64,000 nt of DNA from positions 29,845,038 to 29,909,037 of the forward strand of contig JARFYF010000051.1 of NCBI GenBank assembly GCA_030265395.1, written 5' to 3'. The notes below the pieces were generated by a model. That model was given only the letters and a program-made list of their open reading frames with translations, had not been told where the DNA came from and searched no databases. The DNA comes from Rhina ancylostomus. Lineage: Eukaryota. The first letter of the stretch is position 1. Each line of letters begins with the position of its first letter. The position numbers and the translations under genes were made by a program. Below, in pieces: positions 1-12,760 of the stretch.

Positions 1-860
1 GATAGGTTCTTGATTATTAAGGGCACCAAAGAATATGGGGAGAAGGCCGGAGAGAGGGAAAAATAAATCAGCCATGATTGAATGGTGGAGCAGACTTTAT
101 GGGCCAAATGGCCAAATTCTGCTCCTATGCATTATGGTCTTAAAATGAAGCAGTACAATAGAATTTGTAGTTCATAGAGCATGAAACACAAAATGTTAGC
201 ATGCAAATATAGCAAATAATTAAAAAGACAAATGGAATGTTGTCCTTTATTGCAAAGGATATGAAGATTAGAAGTAGGAAAATTTTGATGCAAATTTACA
301 GCGTGTTAATGAGATTGCACAATAACTTCATACAGTTTTGGTCTCAGTTTTTATGGAATGGTACATTTACGCTAGAGAAATGAGAAGAGAGATTACCAGG
401 TTGATCCCTGGGATGAAAGGGTTGATGTATCAGGAAAGGTTGAGCAGTTTGGACCTATACTCACTGGAGTTCAGAAGGATGAGAAGTCTTCTTATTGAAA
501 TTAATAAGATTCTGAGGAAGGTTGACAGGGTGGATGCTGAGAGGACGTTTCCCCTAGTGAGTACATCAAGAACTAAAGGGCACAGTTTCAAAATTAGGGG
601 TTGCTCACTAAGTCAGAGAGGAGAAGGAGCTTTTTTTCTCAGAGAACTGGGATTCTTTAAATTCTCAACTCCAGAAAGCTCAGGAGGCAGAGACATTGAA
701 TGCATCCAAGGCAGGGATTGACAGACATTTGAACGACAAGGGATCAAGGAGGACAGTAAAGTGGTGTTAAAACCAAGAATGGAATAGCCATGATCCAACT
801 AAATAGTAGATCAAGCTGCAGGGGCCAGTTGTCCTATTCTTGTTCCTGTTTCATTTGTTA
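1..860 (+). mobile_element. Two 5'-truncated CR1 LINE 3' fragments (1-142; ~170-860)
   Basis: ORF 338-721 reads ITRLIPGMKGLMYQERLSSLDLYSLEFRRMR...SRTKGHSFKIRG, typical of the CR1 ORF2 C-terminus. CR1-type 3'UTR ends (…ctgctcctatg…) lie at ~120-140 and ~835-850. Confidence 0.85.
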
Positions 861-894
861 CTTGAGAACTTGCCGGGAATTGTAAAGCAAATGG

Positions 895-1320
895 CCATTA
901 ATGCTGGAAATCTAAGACAAAAACTGCTGATGCTGGAAATACCAAAAGGCCAAGCAGCATCTGCAGAATTAGAAAAAGAGTTGATGCTTCAGGTTGATGA
1001 CCCACCCCCTTGAACCTCTAGCATTTCCTACTTTTACACCAGGATTGATTCGTTCTGACACATGGACAAAGAAAGAGTGGTCAGAATGGGAGTGGAATGG
1101 AAAACTAAGGTGACACATGACTGGAGGCTTAGGTTCCCTGGTCATTTCTGAAGTAACTCAGTTTTACTTTCTCAGCAGATGCTATCTGATCTGCTAGGCT
1201 CTCCAAACAAATTCCCTTATTGCAGATGTCCAGTACCTGTAATGAAACATTATCTGTTTCTATTTCCACAGAAGCTCTTTTATCTACTGAGCATTTCCAA
1301 CATTTTTTGTTTCATAATAA
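895..1320. mobile_element. Decayed Penelope-like terminal repeat fragments in both orientations
   Basis: The motif gatgctggaaat…cagcatctg and its reverse complement cagatgct…ctgctgag…ccagca recur throughout the window next to GIY-YIG fragments. Confidence 0.55.
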
Positions 1321-1994
1321 TTTTCAGTTTTCTTTAAATCATTGCTTTTGCATGTTAAGTTTGATTCAAAAGAAGTATCAATGCAAATACAACTTTCTGG
1401 GCATGCCTGCTTCCTCCTCAAAGGGCTGGCTGGTTCATTTACTCATAAATTCTGATCATTAGTGAAGGATTTTTTTATATTGATTTCTGAGTGTGTGGTA
1501 AAATTGACGTTCATTGAATCTACTACGAAAAATGATGGCCTTCTAGGCCGGGGGGACTTTGTTTTTCTTTCCACAGATGCTGCCAGTTCTTTAGGGTGTT
1601 GCTAATTCTGTCTTTCACCTACGTGTTAGCACAAATCAAACAATTTGATGGTTAAAACCATCTAATACCTATGAATTACATTTGATTATATGAAGGTTTA
1701 GTGCCAGAATTCAAATATGGGTCAGGGATGCTCAGTTAGACACCCTGCTTAGGCCACATCTGCAGTACTGTTTACATTTCTGGGCATCAGATATTACTTG
1801 TTAAAAGGTAGCAGAGGTATGGAATTCACCCTCACAAATAGCATTACATGCTGGTTTGACTAATAATTGTAAAACTGGCATCAATTGTTGTTTGCAAACT
1901 CAGTATTTTAAGAGAGATGGAGATAATGGAGGTGATTAAGGTGAGCCTGATCTTACAGATAAGTAAAACAAATTTTGAAGGCTGAATTACTTTT

Positions 1995-2125
1995 CCTGTT
2001 GAAGGGTCTCTGCCCGAAGCGTTGACTGTTTATTCCCCTCCATGGATGCTGCCTGACCTGCTGAGTTCCTCCAGCACTTTGTGTATTGCTCCAGATTCCC
2101 ACATCTGCAAAATTTTGTGTGTCCC
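1995..2125 (+). mobile_element. Penelope-like terminal repeat with decayed minimal hammerhead motif
   Basis: ctgttgaagggtctctgcccgaagcgttgactg…gatgctgcctgacctgctgagttcctccagca. Confidence 0.7.
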
Positions 2126-2529
2126 TATTCCTATAACATGCACAATAAACTAGGTAAAGTACTTGTTTTATCATGAAACATCTTCCATTATGTTCATGGC
2201 AAAAAGCCAGATGCCATCTTGCATTTCCAGTATTTAGATATGAAGTATCTATATATCTATTTAGATATAGTGGGTGTTAGAGATTATTCAGGAGTTACAG
2301 AATTATGATGATGGAAGGCAATGATTAAAACAAAAGCTGGTCTTCAAAAACAAATCTTTTCACAATTTAATTTTCACTGATTCTTTAAGGCCCTTGAAAC
2401 CAATCATTGGGTGTGGAATATTCTGAATCTATAGTTATGCAGGAGAGGTCAATAGATGAAGGTACATATTAATCAGCCCTCATGAAACCCTCATGATGAG
2501 ATCAGGAAAGGCATTAAGTGGCCGTCTCC

Positions 2530-2996
2530 TGTATTAATACGTTGTTAAAGACATATCACTGCCACTTAATGTATAATTCATGATTTATCTGTTTTGTTAC
2601 TTAATATTCTGACTGTTTGCATTTCCAGGGAGTTATCCCTCAATACTGCAACAAAAGCAGCATGTTTTGGGCCCTTGGTGTTCTGTGCTCAGAACCCCTC
2701 AGACCACCCACCAGTATTTGAACATTCAAAGGGGTTCTGCCAGTTGGGATGTGCTCCCTTTGTAAATACGTAATTCTGCAAAGTCACCTGTCTACACTGA
2801 AGATGTTAAAGTTAAGTAGGTAATTATAGCCATTGAAATTGTAGTTAATTGTTTATTATTGTCTTTGTATTTAATACATTACTGTTGAGTGTTGGGAGAG
2901 GAGAAATGGATTCATGAGTAGGTTTGTTCCTGTTAAACAAAGATCATTTAATATCTACCAGCTTGCAGTCTCCAGTGGCTCAGTCACAGTACAACA
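2530..2996 (+). mobile_element. Solo ERV LTR (5' boundary approximate)
   Basis: Ends …tttaatatctaccagctt…acaaca, like the LTR end at 33474. Internal taattctgcaaagtcacctgtctaca and taattatagccattgaaa match the reverse complement of 55200-55270. Confidence 0.75.
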
Positions 2997-3399
2997 GAGG
3001 ATAGCATTTTTTTCTTCGCCTCATGTGAAACATGCCTGACAGAGTGAAGAAGAAAAGGCTTGGAGGCCTGTCACATTTACTCTCTTCCCCTCTGGTATAT
3101 CCTCTGTGACATAACACTGGGCCTGCATCTTGAGCTAAGATTCACTAAGTGACTCCGAAAGAGACATTCCTAATTGTTCATGCCTTCACCCTTCATTTCC
3201 TTTCCATCCATTTTCTTTGTCCCATGAAATCTCTTAATTTAGCCTCATCCAATAAGAGCTGCCTTCTTCCAAAGTTTTTTCCCTTTTGAAATCTCAAAGA
3301 AACATATAATTGAGAGAACAGTCTAAATTAGTGTGAGCTTTTAACCATAACTTTGTAAGTTAATCTTTTTTAAGCACTGGACCAGTTCAAGTTCCTGTG

Positions 3400-4080
3400 A
3401 AATTTGATTACCCCACACTTTTAGGTGGTGTCTTAAAGATGATAGCAACCATCTAAGTGAAAAAGATTTGCCTCAATTTACCTTCTAATTTATTTTTCAG
3501 CCATTTTAGATCTGGAGCCTTCAGTAACTGGCTCGCTTATCAATAGAAAGAGTTTCTCCCTCATGCAATAATCCACCAGAACCCTTCGTAAATTTGAATA
3601 GCTCTTTTAGATCTTCCTCAGCCTTTTCTGCTCTGAAAAAGCTTCTCTGTATCCTCTTTAAGGTCTTGATATTCTTCCTAAAATGTGATGCCCAGAATTG
3701 TACACAATTCTCCATCTAAGATTCAGCATGACTTCCTTGTTTTTGTCATTATTGGCCCTATTACAAAACTACATGCGCTTTTCAAAAGTTATCAACTTGC
3801 TCTGATGCCTTTAAAACAAAAATCTGAAAATTTGTACATCTTTTGCTTTGCCACCACTGTCCATATCCTACAATTTCTGCCCACTCAGTCTATCTCCTTC
3901 AAAATATGATCTTTCCTGCCTCTGTCACAAATCCATGCATTTCACCAGTACTTGTGAAATCTGCAACCATCCTGGTCATTATGCACCACTTGGCAAATTT
4001 TGTATCATTCACAAATTAAACTCAGAAAGCAAGCTTCATACAGTACACTTCTGTTCCAGTCTCCCCTAAATGATTTGTTT
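3400..4080 (-). mobile_element. Old CR1 LINE fragment
   Basis: ORF 3521-3715 reads ENCVQFWASHFRKNIKTLKRIQR, matching the CR1 LEYCVQFWSP motif. Confidence 0.7.
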
Positions 4081-4639
4081 ACTATTCTTGACTAAATTCT
4101 CTATTACTGAAGAACGTAGGCTTAAGTATAACAGTGTGGTCCGTTCTATGACCTTTTATCACATTTCCCAAAAACATTCCAAGATACTGCACACAGAAAG
4201 ACCAGCACTGTGAGACAATGAGTTACTTTTCTGTGAGCAGGAATTTCCTAAATATACACAGGCACGATAAGCATTAACACAGGGAAGGAAGAATTAAAAG
4301 GAGTTACCAAACCATTGGTCAGTGACATCTGATTTCAGGTAATTTTTAAAGGAAAAGACAGATAGACAGAAGACTTTGGGAAAGGAAATTCTGAAGAGTT
4401 GAGCCCAGGTGGCTGAAGACTATGATCCCAGTGGTGTGCTTGAATTAGAAGTAAACAGCATAAAGTCATATTTGAAATCAACTTTAGGCTCATAAGGAAA
4501 GTTTAAATGCAAGATTGAGGATTTTAAATTCATGNNNNNNNNNNNNNNNNNNNNNNNNNNNNNNNNNNNNNNNNNNNNNNNNNNNNNNNNNNNNNNNNNN
4601 NNNNNNNNNNNNNNNNNNNNNNNNNNNNNNNNNNAAATT

Positions 4640-4870
4640 CATGATGAGAGCAGAAAATAGTGGATGTAATCAGTGAGTCAAATAGGTAGAAAAAGAGAGT
4701 CAATGTTTGAGGTTGATGGAGTGAGCACTGGAAATAGGACTGTTTCTGATGGAAGGCCTTTCACCTGAAACATTAACCTTGTTTCTTGCTCTGCAGATAG
4801 TGTCTGACCTGCTGAGTATCCACATTTTTTATATTTCAGATTTCTAGCATATGCAGTCTCTTCCTTTTAT
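4640..4870. mobile_element. Penelope-like terminal fragments
   Basis: ctgatggaaggcctttcacctgaaacatt…tgacctgctgagtat. Confidence 0.55.
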
Positions 4871-5109
4871 ATTTAAGCAGTTGAATTGTAAGTTGATCTA
4901 GATCAGATATGATGTATATAACGTGCCAGCCAACTCAGTGCATAATTAGAAATGCAAAGTAGAATTTTGAACATGCTGAATTGTATGGGCCATGGAGAAT
5001 GGGAAACCAGCAAGAAGGGCATTAGATTCTCCATCTAGAGTCAATAAGGTGTTTTCAAAGGTTTTAGCAGTATAAGGGAACATTGCAATTAGTAATAAAG
5101 AGGCAGAAA

Positions 5110-5690
5110 TGGAGGCAAGAGATTGCAAATGCTGGGACCTGGAGCAAACAACAAGCATAGGTGGGATATGTTGCATCTGAGGAGGCAGAGGGATGGTCGA
5201 CTTTTCGGGCCAAGACCCTGCATCAAGATTGAGGGTGTAAAAGATAGAGAGCCAGAAAAAGAAGTGAAGGGGTGCAAGAGGAACTGGGTGGATCAGGAGG
5301 AGAGAGAAATGAACAGAAGAGGTACCTGAAATTGGAGAATTCAATGTTCATGCTGGTGGGTTAGACAACCCAGGCGAAATATGAGGTGCTGTTCCTCTAG
5401 TTTGCTTTTGGCCGCACCCTGGCAACGGAAAAAGATAAGGACAGGTCAGTGTGGGAAAGAGGTGGGGAGTTGAAATGGCTTACTATTGGGAGCTCAAGTT
5501 GGCCATTGCAGACAAGGCACGGGTACACAGCAAAGTAGTCACCCAGTCTGTGCTTTGTCTTGCCAATGTAGAGGAGTTCACATAGAGTACAGACGCGCAA
5601 CAGACAAGGTTGGAGGAAGTACATGTGAATTTCTGCCTCACATGGAAGGGTTGTTTGGGTTCCTAGATGGTGGCAAGGGATGACCAAGCA
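5110..5690 (-). mobile_element. Penelope-like element 3' part, GIY-YIG endonuclease relic
   Basis: ORF 5397-5921 contains CTLCELLYIGKTKHRLGDYF…PIVSHFNSPPLSHTDL, the PLE GIY-YIG domain. It is followed by the terminal repeat. Confidence 0.85.
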
Positions 5691-5719
5691 CAGAATGGGT
5701 GACCATTGGCAAGACCCAG

Positions 5720-6135
5720 TGCAGACTGGGTGACTTGATATGGCTTCCTCTACATCGGAGAGACCAACCACTTTTCCAAGTATTGAATTTGGTGTTCTCA
5801 CTGTGTCCTCCTCTATAATGGCCAAGGGTGGACTGGGCGACCACTTTGCTGAGCACCTGTGGTCTGCCCCAATGACCATCTTGAGCTCCCAGTTGCAAGC
5901 CATTTCAACTCCCGTCCCCATTCCTCCACAGACCAGTCTGTCCCAGCCTCCTCCACTGCCAGGGTGAGGCCAAAGGCAAACTGGAGGAACCCCACCCCAC
6001 CATAGCTACCTGTTTCCCAGTTTCTTTCCCTTCCCCCACCTGGCCCCATCTGTCTATCAGCTACACACTATATTGACCTGAAACATCGACTATCCCTTTG
6101 TCTGGCCTGCTAAGTTCCTCCAGCAGCTTGTTTTT
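5720..6135 (+). mobile_element. Penelope-like GIY-YIG relic, inverted relative to 5110-5690
   Basis: ggcttcctctacatcggagagacc encodes GFLYIGET; LGDHFAEHL follows; the terminal repeat gacctgaaacatcgact lies at ~6075. Confidence 0.8.
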
Positions 6136-6544
6136 TCATATACAGAGGGAGAAATAGGTGTTCAACTCAGGATCATGGAGAGCTTTGAAAGTATGTTCAT
6201 TTTATACAATTGAGCCAGGAGCCGGAAAAGGAATTCATTGGCTATAATGAGTAGATTTTATGACAGGATATATATTGGCTTTGGGCTTCCCAATATTGAA
6301 CCAGAGGAAGTTAACATGCAACCACTACTTGATGCTGGAATTTCAGACCAAGATTTCATGGGTGAGTTTATGTATGCTGGCAATGAGAAACAATTAAGTG
6401 ACAAGTGGAAGGAGGCCAAGGATGTAATCTCAGGGATTTTCCAAAAATGTCAATGTAGAATGAAAGCTATTATTCATGGACATATTCTTACCACGCTCAA
6501 ACAATGATGAGAAAAACCACGTGAAGCCAGATCCATATTGCTGG

Positions 6545-6803
6545 ATTAAGATTAAGATCTCTTTATTAGTCACATGTACATTGAAACACAGTGAAATGCA
6601 TCTATTGTGTAGAGTGTTCTGAGGGCAGCCCGCAAGTGTTGCCATGCTTCTGGCGCCAACATAGCACGCCCACAACTTCCTAATCGCCTTTGGAAAGTGG
6701 AAGGAAACCAGAGCACTGGAGGAAACCCACACAGACATGGGTGAACGTACAAACTCCTTACAGACAGTGGCCGTAATTGAACCTGAGTTACTGGCACTGT
6801 AGA
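6545..6803 (-). mobile_element. tRNA-derived V-domain (HE1-like) SINE
   Basis: The minus strand has a B-box-like caggttcaatt, a V-domain ggagtttgtacgtt…gtgggtttcctccagtgctctggtttcc, and a tail …tacatgtgactaataaagagatcttaatcttaatc. Confidence 0.8.
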
Positions 6804-7889
6804 TGAAGGTGGAATGGTTGAGTTGAAGTTATGTAATGGCCTTAGGATTACAGAAACAGAAGATTGTTATGGCACAGTAGGAGGCCATTCAGTTCATATT
6901 GGCTCTCTGTAGAGAAATTGATTCACTGCCATTCTCTCTTTCCCCCTCGCCCTGTAAGTTACTTTCTCTCAAGTGCCATCCCTTGTCAAGGTCCCAATTC
7001 ACTCTGCTTTCACCATTCTTGGATGAGCTTCATATTATCTCCATTCTCTCTTATTTTTCACATACCACCAGTACCCAAACGCCCCTTTCTTTTTCCCCCC
7101 CTGATTATTGTTTCTAGAAGCTTTCCCAGCTATGGTTTTGCTGTTTGGTCTGCATATCTTCAAAACCTTTTTTTGAATTCATAGTTGTCATTTTCCTGTC
7201 TTCTTCCTCCTTCCCTGTACCTGTGGAGGACTGGAAGATTATGCCAAGTTGTCCTATACTCTTCACCCTGACTTGCCTCAGAAAGCTAGGACACATACCA
7301 TCCACACCATTTGACTCCATTTGAAAGTAGATGTTACTTTCTAATATCTCCTCTTTATCAGTTTTTAGCTCCTCTTTTATTTACACAATCTTTGTTTTCA
7401 CTGAGGTTTTACAAGCCTCCTCTCCCTTGATACATAATGATACAACATATTAAGTATCCCATTTCTGAGCTCTTTCTCAATAAATAATCTTCTTGTTTCC
7501 TAATTCACCCCACCCTTTCTCTAACCATGCACTCACTATTTGTCTATAGTTGATCTTTATGTTATGTTTTATGTTAAATGCCTTTGTATTCTCATTTTAT
7601 CTTTCTGGCCATTTTACTTTCCTTTTCACCATTTCCACTCTTGTGCGCCATATTTCTCTCATCTTTCTGCTACAAGCTAGTGTCCATCCCCCTAAAAAAT
7701 TTTGTTCAAACCCTCCCCAACTATCTTCTGTGAAGACTCAGTCTTGTGGATGTGCAACTCGTCCATTTTGACCATGTCTCTCCTGCCCCAAATTGGTCCT
7801 GAAGCCCAGGAACCAGGATTCCTTCCTCCTCCACCGGACCTAGTTAAATAATATAACACAGTCATGGCGCAAAAACAGAATGGAGTTTT

Positions 7890-9190
7890 CCCAATCGCTG
7901 GAAATTTGAAATAAAAGCAGAAAATGCTGGAAACACTCAGCAAGTTAAGCAGCAACTGTAGAAAGAGAAGCAGTGTTCATGCTTCATCAAAGACCTTTCA
8001 TCAGAACCAAGAAAGTGAGAAAAAAAGTTAGTTTAGAGTTGCTGAGATAGGGATGAATAGCATACAAGGAATATTTCCGATAGGGTGAGGCCAGTGTTGC
8101 CTAGGTGATCCCATTGTTTATGAAACAGTTTAATAGATTCGTGAAAAAAGTTAGAGAAAAACCAAATAAAAATGCAGATTAGAGCTGTTGTTGAAGCCTG
8201 AAACCAAAAGGGTTGGAAATGTCCAGCAGATTAGGCAGTGTACTTGGAAACAGAAAAACTGAGTTAATATTACAGTGGATAACTTCACAGCAGAACCGAC
8301 CAATTCTAGGAACCAGTAAAAGGGACTTTTCCTGCACAACTCCCTGGTCTTCTCTTCAATGTTGACCAACCATTCTGTTTCTCTCAACACTTTCTAAGCA
8401 ACTGCAATTGATGCAACATGTGCTGTTTTACATTCTGCCTTCCCACCATCCAGGGAAACTAATATTCTTCCAGGTGAAGCAGTGATTTACTTGCACTCCT
8501 TCCAATCTAGTATATTAGAGCGAGTCCTTAAGATGTGCTCTCCTATACATCAGAGATGCCAAGTGCAGATTGGGTGACTATTTTCTTATTTTACCGAAAT
8601 CCTCCATTGAATCTGTAAGCGGAAACCTGAGCCTGTCATTTGAATTCTCCATCCCATTCCCACTCTGACTGTCTTTGACCTCCTACATTGTTTCAACAAG
8701 GCCCAATGTAAATTTGAGAAACAACTGATTCCCTGTGTTGGCATGCTATCCTTTAGGATTCAATACTGAATTCAGTAATTTCATTTAATTCACATTTTCT
8801 GCTTGTAACAGTTCTATTGTGAGGGCATCCATTGTAATATTAATGCAGTTTTTCTCCCTCTGCAGACACGACCTGATTTACTCCTTTTGACTTGCACATA
8901 TACTGTATGTCTCTTTGTTTGAATTTTTTCCTTAATCTTTTAATCAGACTATTAAGTAAACAAAGGGATCACACGGACAATCCTGGCATCGTCCTTTCAG
9001 TGGTATTCACTTTATCTAATCCATTCATGTCCCACCATCTCTGCCATTTACAAGTTTTTTCACCTTGCTAGTACTGATGGCCTTTGATGCTGAAAGTTCT
9101 GTTTCTCATTCTGCAGGCACTGCCCGACCTGTTGAGTGTTTACAGAATTTACTCTTTCTATTTCAGTTTTCTAGTGATTGCAGGTTTTTC
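7890..9190. mobile_element. Penelope-like fragments (termini plus + strand GIY-YIG relic ~8330-8790)
   Basis: ttccaggtgaagcagtgatttacttgcact…ctcctatacatcagagatgccaagtgcagattgggtgac is homologous to 5500-5650. Confidence 0.65.
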
Positions 9191-10424
9191 AATTTTCACT
9201 TTCAGAAGAACAAATAAACTTGGTTACAGAGGTGCCCATACTTATATTTTTGTGCAAAAAAATTAAATGAATGCTTCCCTTTGTATAAATTTGAAAGTAC
9301 TGAGATTTAATTGAAAGGAAAAAAATGTTCACTAATGAAAAATCAGGAACAATACAAACAGGACAAGGCAGTAACTATGAATTGCAAACATAAATGTGAC
9401 TGAATTGCTGAGACTCAGTCAAATATAACCTCAGGAATGCAAATTCCATTACTCTGCAAATGACACAATTAACCTTTTGTAAGGGTGTGATGTGTACATC
9501 ATACAAGAGCTAGAAGAAGTATTAACGACATATTAAACTGTCCTAATTTTTTCATTAGGATTATTGGAGTGGATACAAACATCAGGAATGCAGCAGTCCA
9601 ACATTATTATTGGCATAATATCACTTGTCACAGCAAACAAACAGAAAGGTGCAAATGAGATTTCAGAATATTACTCTGTGGAAATGCACAAAAATTATGG
9701 ACAAAAAATAAACTGCTGGAGGAAATCAGCTGGTCAGGCAGCATCTGTGAAGGCAAAGGGATAGTTAACGTTTTGGGTTGAGACCCTGCATTAGGACTGA
9801 GATTTCATTAATGGGAAAATATATTCACTGATGAAAAATCAGTATTACGGGCAAAATGGTATAACAAAGACTTGCTGAAATTGTCAGCAATAAATATTTT
9901 GATGAGCAAAGCAGAGGGTCTCGTTCCCTAGCAGAAGAATCAAATGATTCTCTCTCTGAAAATGTTGACAGTGGGATATCAGAAACATTTTTAGGACACG
10001 CTACAATTCACTGCAATGAAGGAACTGCGCACATAACAGCTAACTCCATTTTAGCATGCAGTTAATGTGTGTTACTCCTGAAACGCCATCCACGTTCTAG
10101 AAACTATACCCAAATAGCACTGAGTCAGAGTGAAATGCATCATATTTAGATCCTTTCAAGGAACTGCAAGGGCACCTCACAGATCATANNNNNNNNNNNN
10201 NNNNNNNNNNNNNNNNNNNNNNNNNNNNNNNNNNNNNNNNNNNNNNNNNNNNNNNNNNNNNNNNNNNNNNNNNNNNNNNNNNNNNNNNATCATAATATTT
10301 ATAAGTGACCATTATGATTATAAGGATGCTGGATGTTTTTGGCCATCATTGTATATAAAATTAATACCAATATTACCAGTTAGCTCTAAATTCATGAAAA
10401 CATAAGTGGATGCAGCAATATGCA

Positions 10425-11175
10425 GCAAAAAATAAACAGCAAGAGGAATTCAATGGGTCAAGCAGCATCTGTGGAGGCAAAGGGATGGTCGACATTTCAG
10501 ATCAAGACCCTGCATTGGGACTGAGAGTGTAGAAAGAAGATAACTAGTACAATGAGATGAGAAGAATTGGTGGTACAGGGACCAGTAGGCGATAGGTGGA
10601 ATCAGGTGAGGTGGGGGATGCTGGGCAGATGGAGCCAGGTGGGGGAGAGGACAAAGGGAGTTGAGAGAGAGGCTGGCAAATGATTGATGGAAACAGGTGA
10701 GGAAAAAATAGGTAGATGAAGCCAGTGGAGGGGAAGGTAGAGACAGAGGCTGGAAGGTGATAAATGGAACTAGATAAGGGAGGAATGATAGGCAAATAGA
10801 GCTGGGTGGGGGGGAGGGGAGTAGCCCACAACCCAGTGGNNNNNNNNNNNNNNNNNNNNNNNNNNNNNNNNNNNNNNNNNNNNNNNNNNNNNNNNNNNNN
10901 NNNNNNNNNNNNNNNNNNNNNNNNNNNNNNNNNNNNNNNNNNNNNNNNNNNNNNNNNNNNNNNNNNNNNNNNNNNNNNNNNNNNNNNNNNNNNTGCTCTT
11001 CATTCCCCAAATCACCTGGTTCCACCCATCACCTCCCAGCCCCTGTCTCACCCTTCCCCCTTACCACTTCATACCAGCTTCCCTCTACACGCTCAGTCCT
11101 GATGCGGTTTCTAGACCCGAAACATCAACCATCCTGTTAGCTTCACAGATGCTGCTTGACCTGTGGGTAGTTTTT
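10425..11175. mobile_element. Penelope-like termini in inverted orientation across an assembly gap
   Basis: A minus-strand terminus with purine-rich tail at 10440-10839 faces a plus-strand pyrimidine-rich tail and cagtcctgatgcggtttctagacccgaaacatc at 11094-11126. Confidence 0.7.
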
Positions 11176-11447
11176 TTAGCTCTAAATTCATATTTTACTT
11201 TTTCAGTTTTATGGTGAGCCTCAAACCCTTTAGATGTTCTGAAAATCAAAAAAAGGCTGGAAACCTGAAATAAAGATACAAATTTTGGAGACATTCAACA
11301 GATCAAGCAGAATCTGTGAAAAGAGAAACAGAGTTAATTTTTCATGTTGAAGTCCCTTCATTAAAGCTGCACTAATGTGTCATTCACGATGCAGCACATC
11401 CTTTTTTATCAAGTGATCTATGTATCATGCTGTTCTTTGGGATCAAA

Positions 11448-12202
11448 TGTTGTGTCTTTGAATAAGACACACAGAGACAGGACCTGTAGATGTAACAGAT
11501 CTTTATTCAGTACAAGCACACATTCAGAGTAAACTTGATGGAAATATCTCCTGAGTTTTTATACCCTTTAGGTGTAATACACTTTAGTATTTTGGGTGTA
11601 AACAAATGGTTCTCTTGAGTTACATATATATTTACAATGGAGCACATTTTAAGTGACAAGATCATCAAAGATCTTTATTTAGACAAAGTAGTTCACATAA
11701 ATATTCTAATAGAATTTGACTTGGACATTCAAAATATACATGTTTTATCACAGTATTGTGATATTTGACTCTCTGGGTAGACAAATACCCCAAGTATTGA
11801 TTGGCAGAACAAATATGATTATGACCATGTTCGATGTGCTAACTGGCAAAATAGTTCAGAACTTTCCTAGATCTCTGTCACAATGGTGCAAAATATCTTA
11901 GCTCAAGCTGTATGATACCAGTTTTGATGTCAAAATAGCTCTGTTGTCCATAAATTTGGCCAATGCATACCATGTCTCATGGTCATATCCATTTTCAAAG
12001 TATATCGCTTAAGTGGCCTCTCATTGTCAGCTGGAAGTCAGCTCTTTTCACATACAATGCTGTTTATTTATGTAGTTGTCCTTATAGACTTACAATTAAT
12101 TTTGAAATTACAAGTTACATTTGAAAGTAGTTTGAAGGCCAGCTCTCATTTGTATTAATAGCAATCTTAGCTTAAACTTTATATCACTGCTATTCCTTAA
12201 TA
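11448..12202 (-). mobile_element. Solo ERV LTR
   Basis: Starts tgttgtg (reverse complement of the LTR end cacaaca) and has a minus-strand AATAAA. Its reverse complement aligns by eye with 35160-35962 (e.g. atgaccatgagacat, tattaatacaaa, caaatgtaacttg). Confidence 0.8.
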
Positions 12203-12204
12203 TG

Positions 12205-12760
12205 ATATAACTTACTTCCACACTGGTTTTGTGGGTTAAGGGTGGCTAATGATGCCAATGTAGAAACCCCAGACTCTTTCACAGATAAGGCAAGAGGTGG
12301 CTGACGGGATAGGTTTACAGCTAGTTTGTGAGGTGGTGCACGCCATTTTGCCACTTACGTGTGCTCTTACTGCATAGCCTTGAGGTTCTCAGTACCATTC
12401 AGATTGCCCTTTTTCTACTTAAGGTAGTCATGAGCCAGAGGTTCCCGGGAGTCAGTGGGGATGTTACATTTCTTCAAGGAGGCTTTGAATACATCGTTGA
12501 ATCTTTTGCTTTGTCTGCCTTCGCAGACAAAGCTTGGCATAGAATCTCCAATGAAGACGCAAGACTGCAGATGCTGGAATCTGGAGCAACACAAAGAGCA
12601 CTGGATGAACTCAGCATGTCTGTCACAATGTTGAGCAAGGAGCAAGCTCACNNNNTTCACCTGGCCAGTCCAGAAATTTGTGTTGAATAGAATGTCTGCC
12701 GCGACTGAAAGGTAGCGCCCGAGATGTAGGAAGTGGTCCACATTTTCTATGCAATTACTA
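12205..12760 (-). mobile_element. RTE-clade LINE 3' fragment with nested Penelope end and Gypsy LTR piece (12621-12651)
   Basis: ORF 12415-12741 ends KRFNDVFKASLKKCNIPTDSREPLAHD, matching the RTE KRYKDxLKASLK…WExLAxDR motif. 12621-12651 is nearly identical to 49632-49661. Confidence 0.7.

Noticed and set aside
9808-9845. WENIFTDEK as a Tc1 DDE first motif
   Set aside because: The spacing is off and there are no further Tc1 motifs or TIRs.
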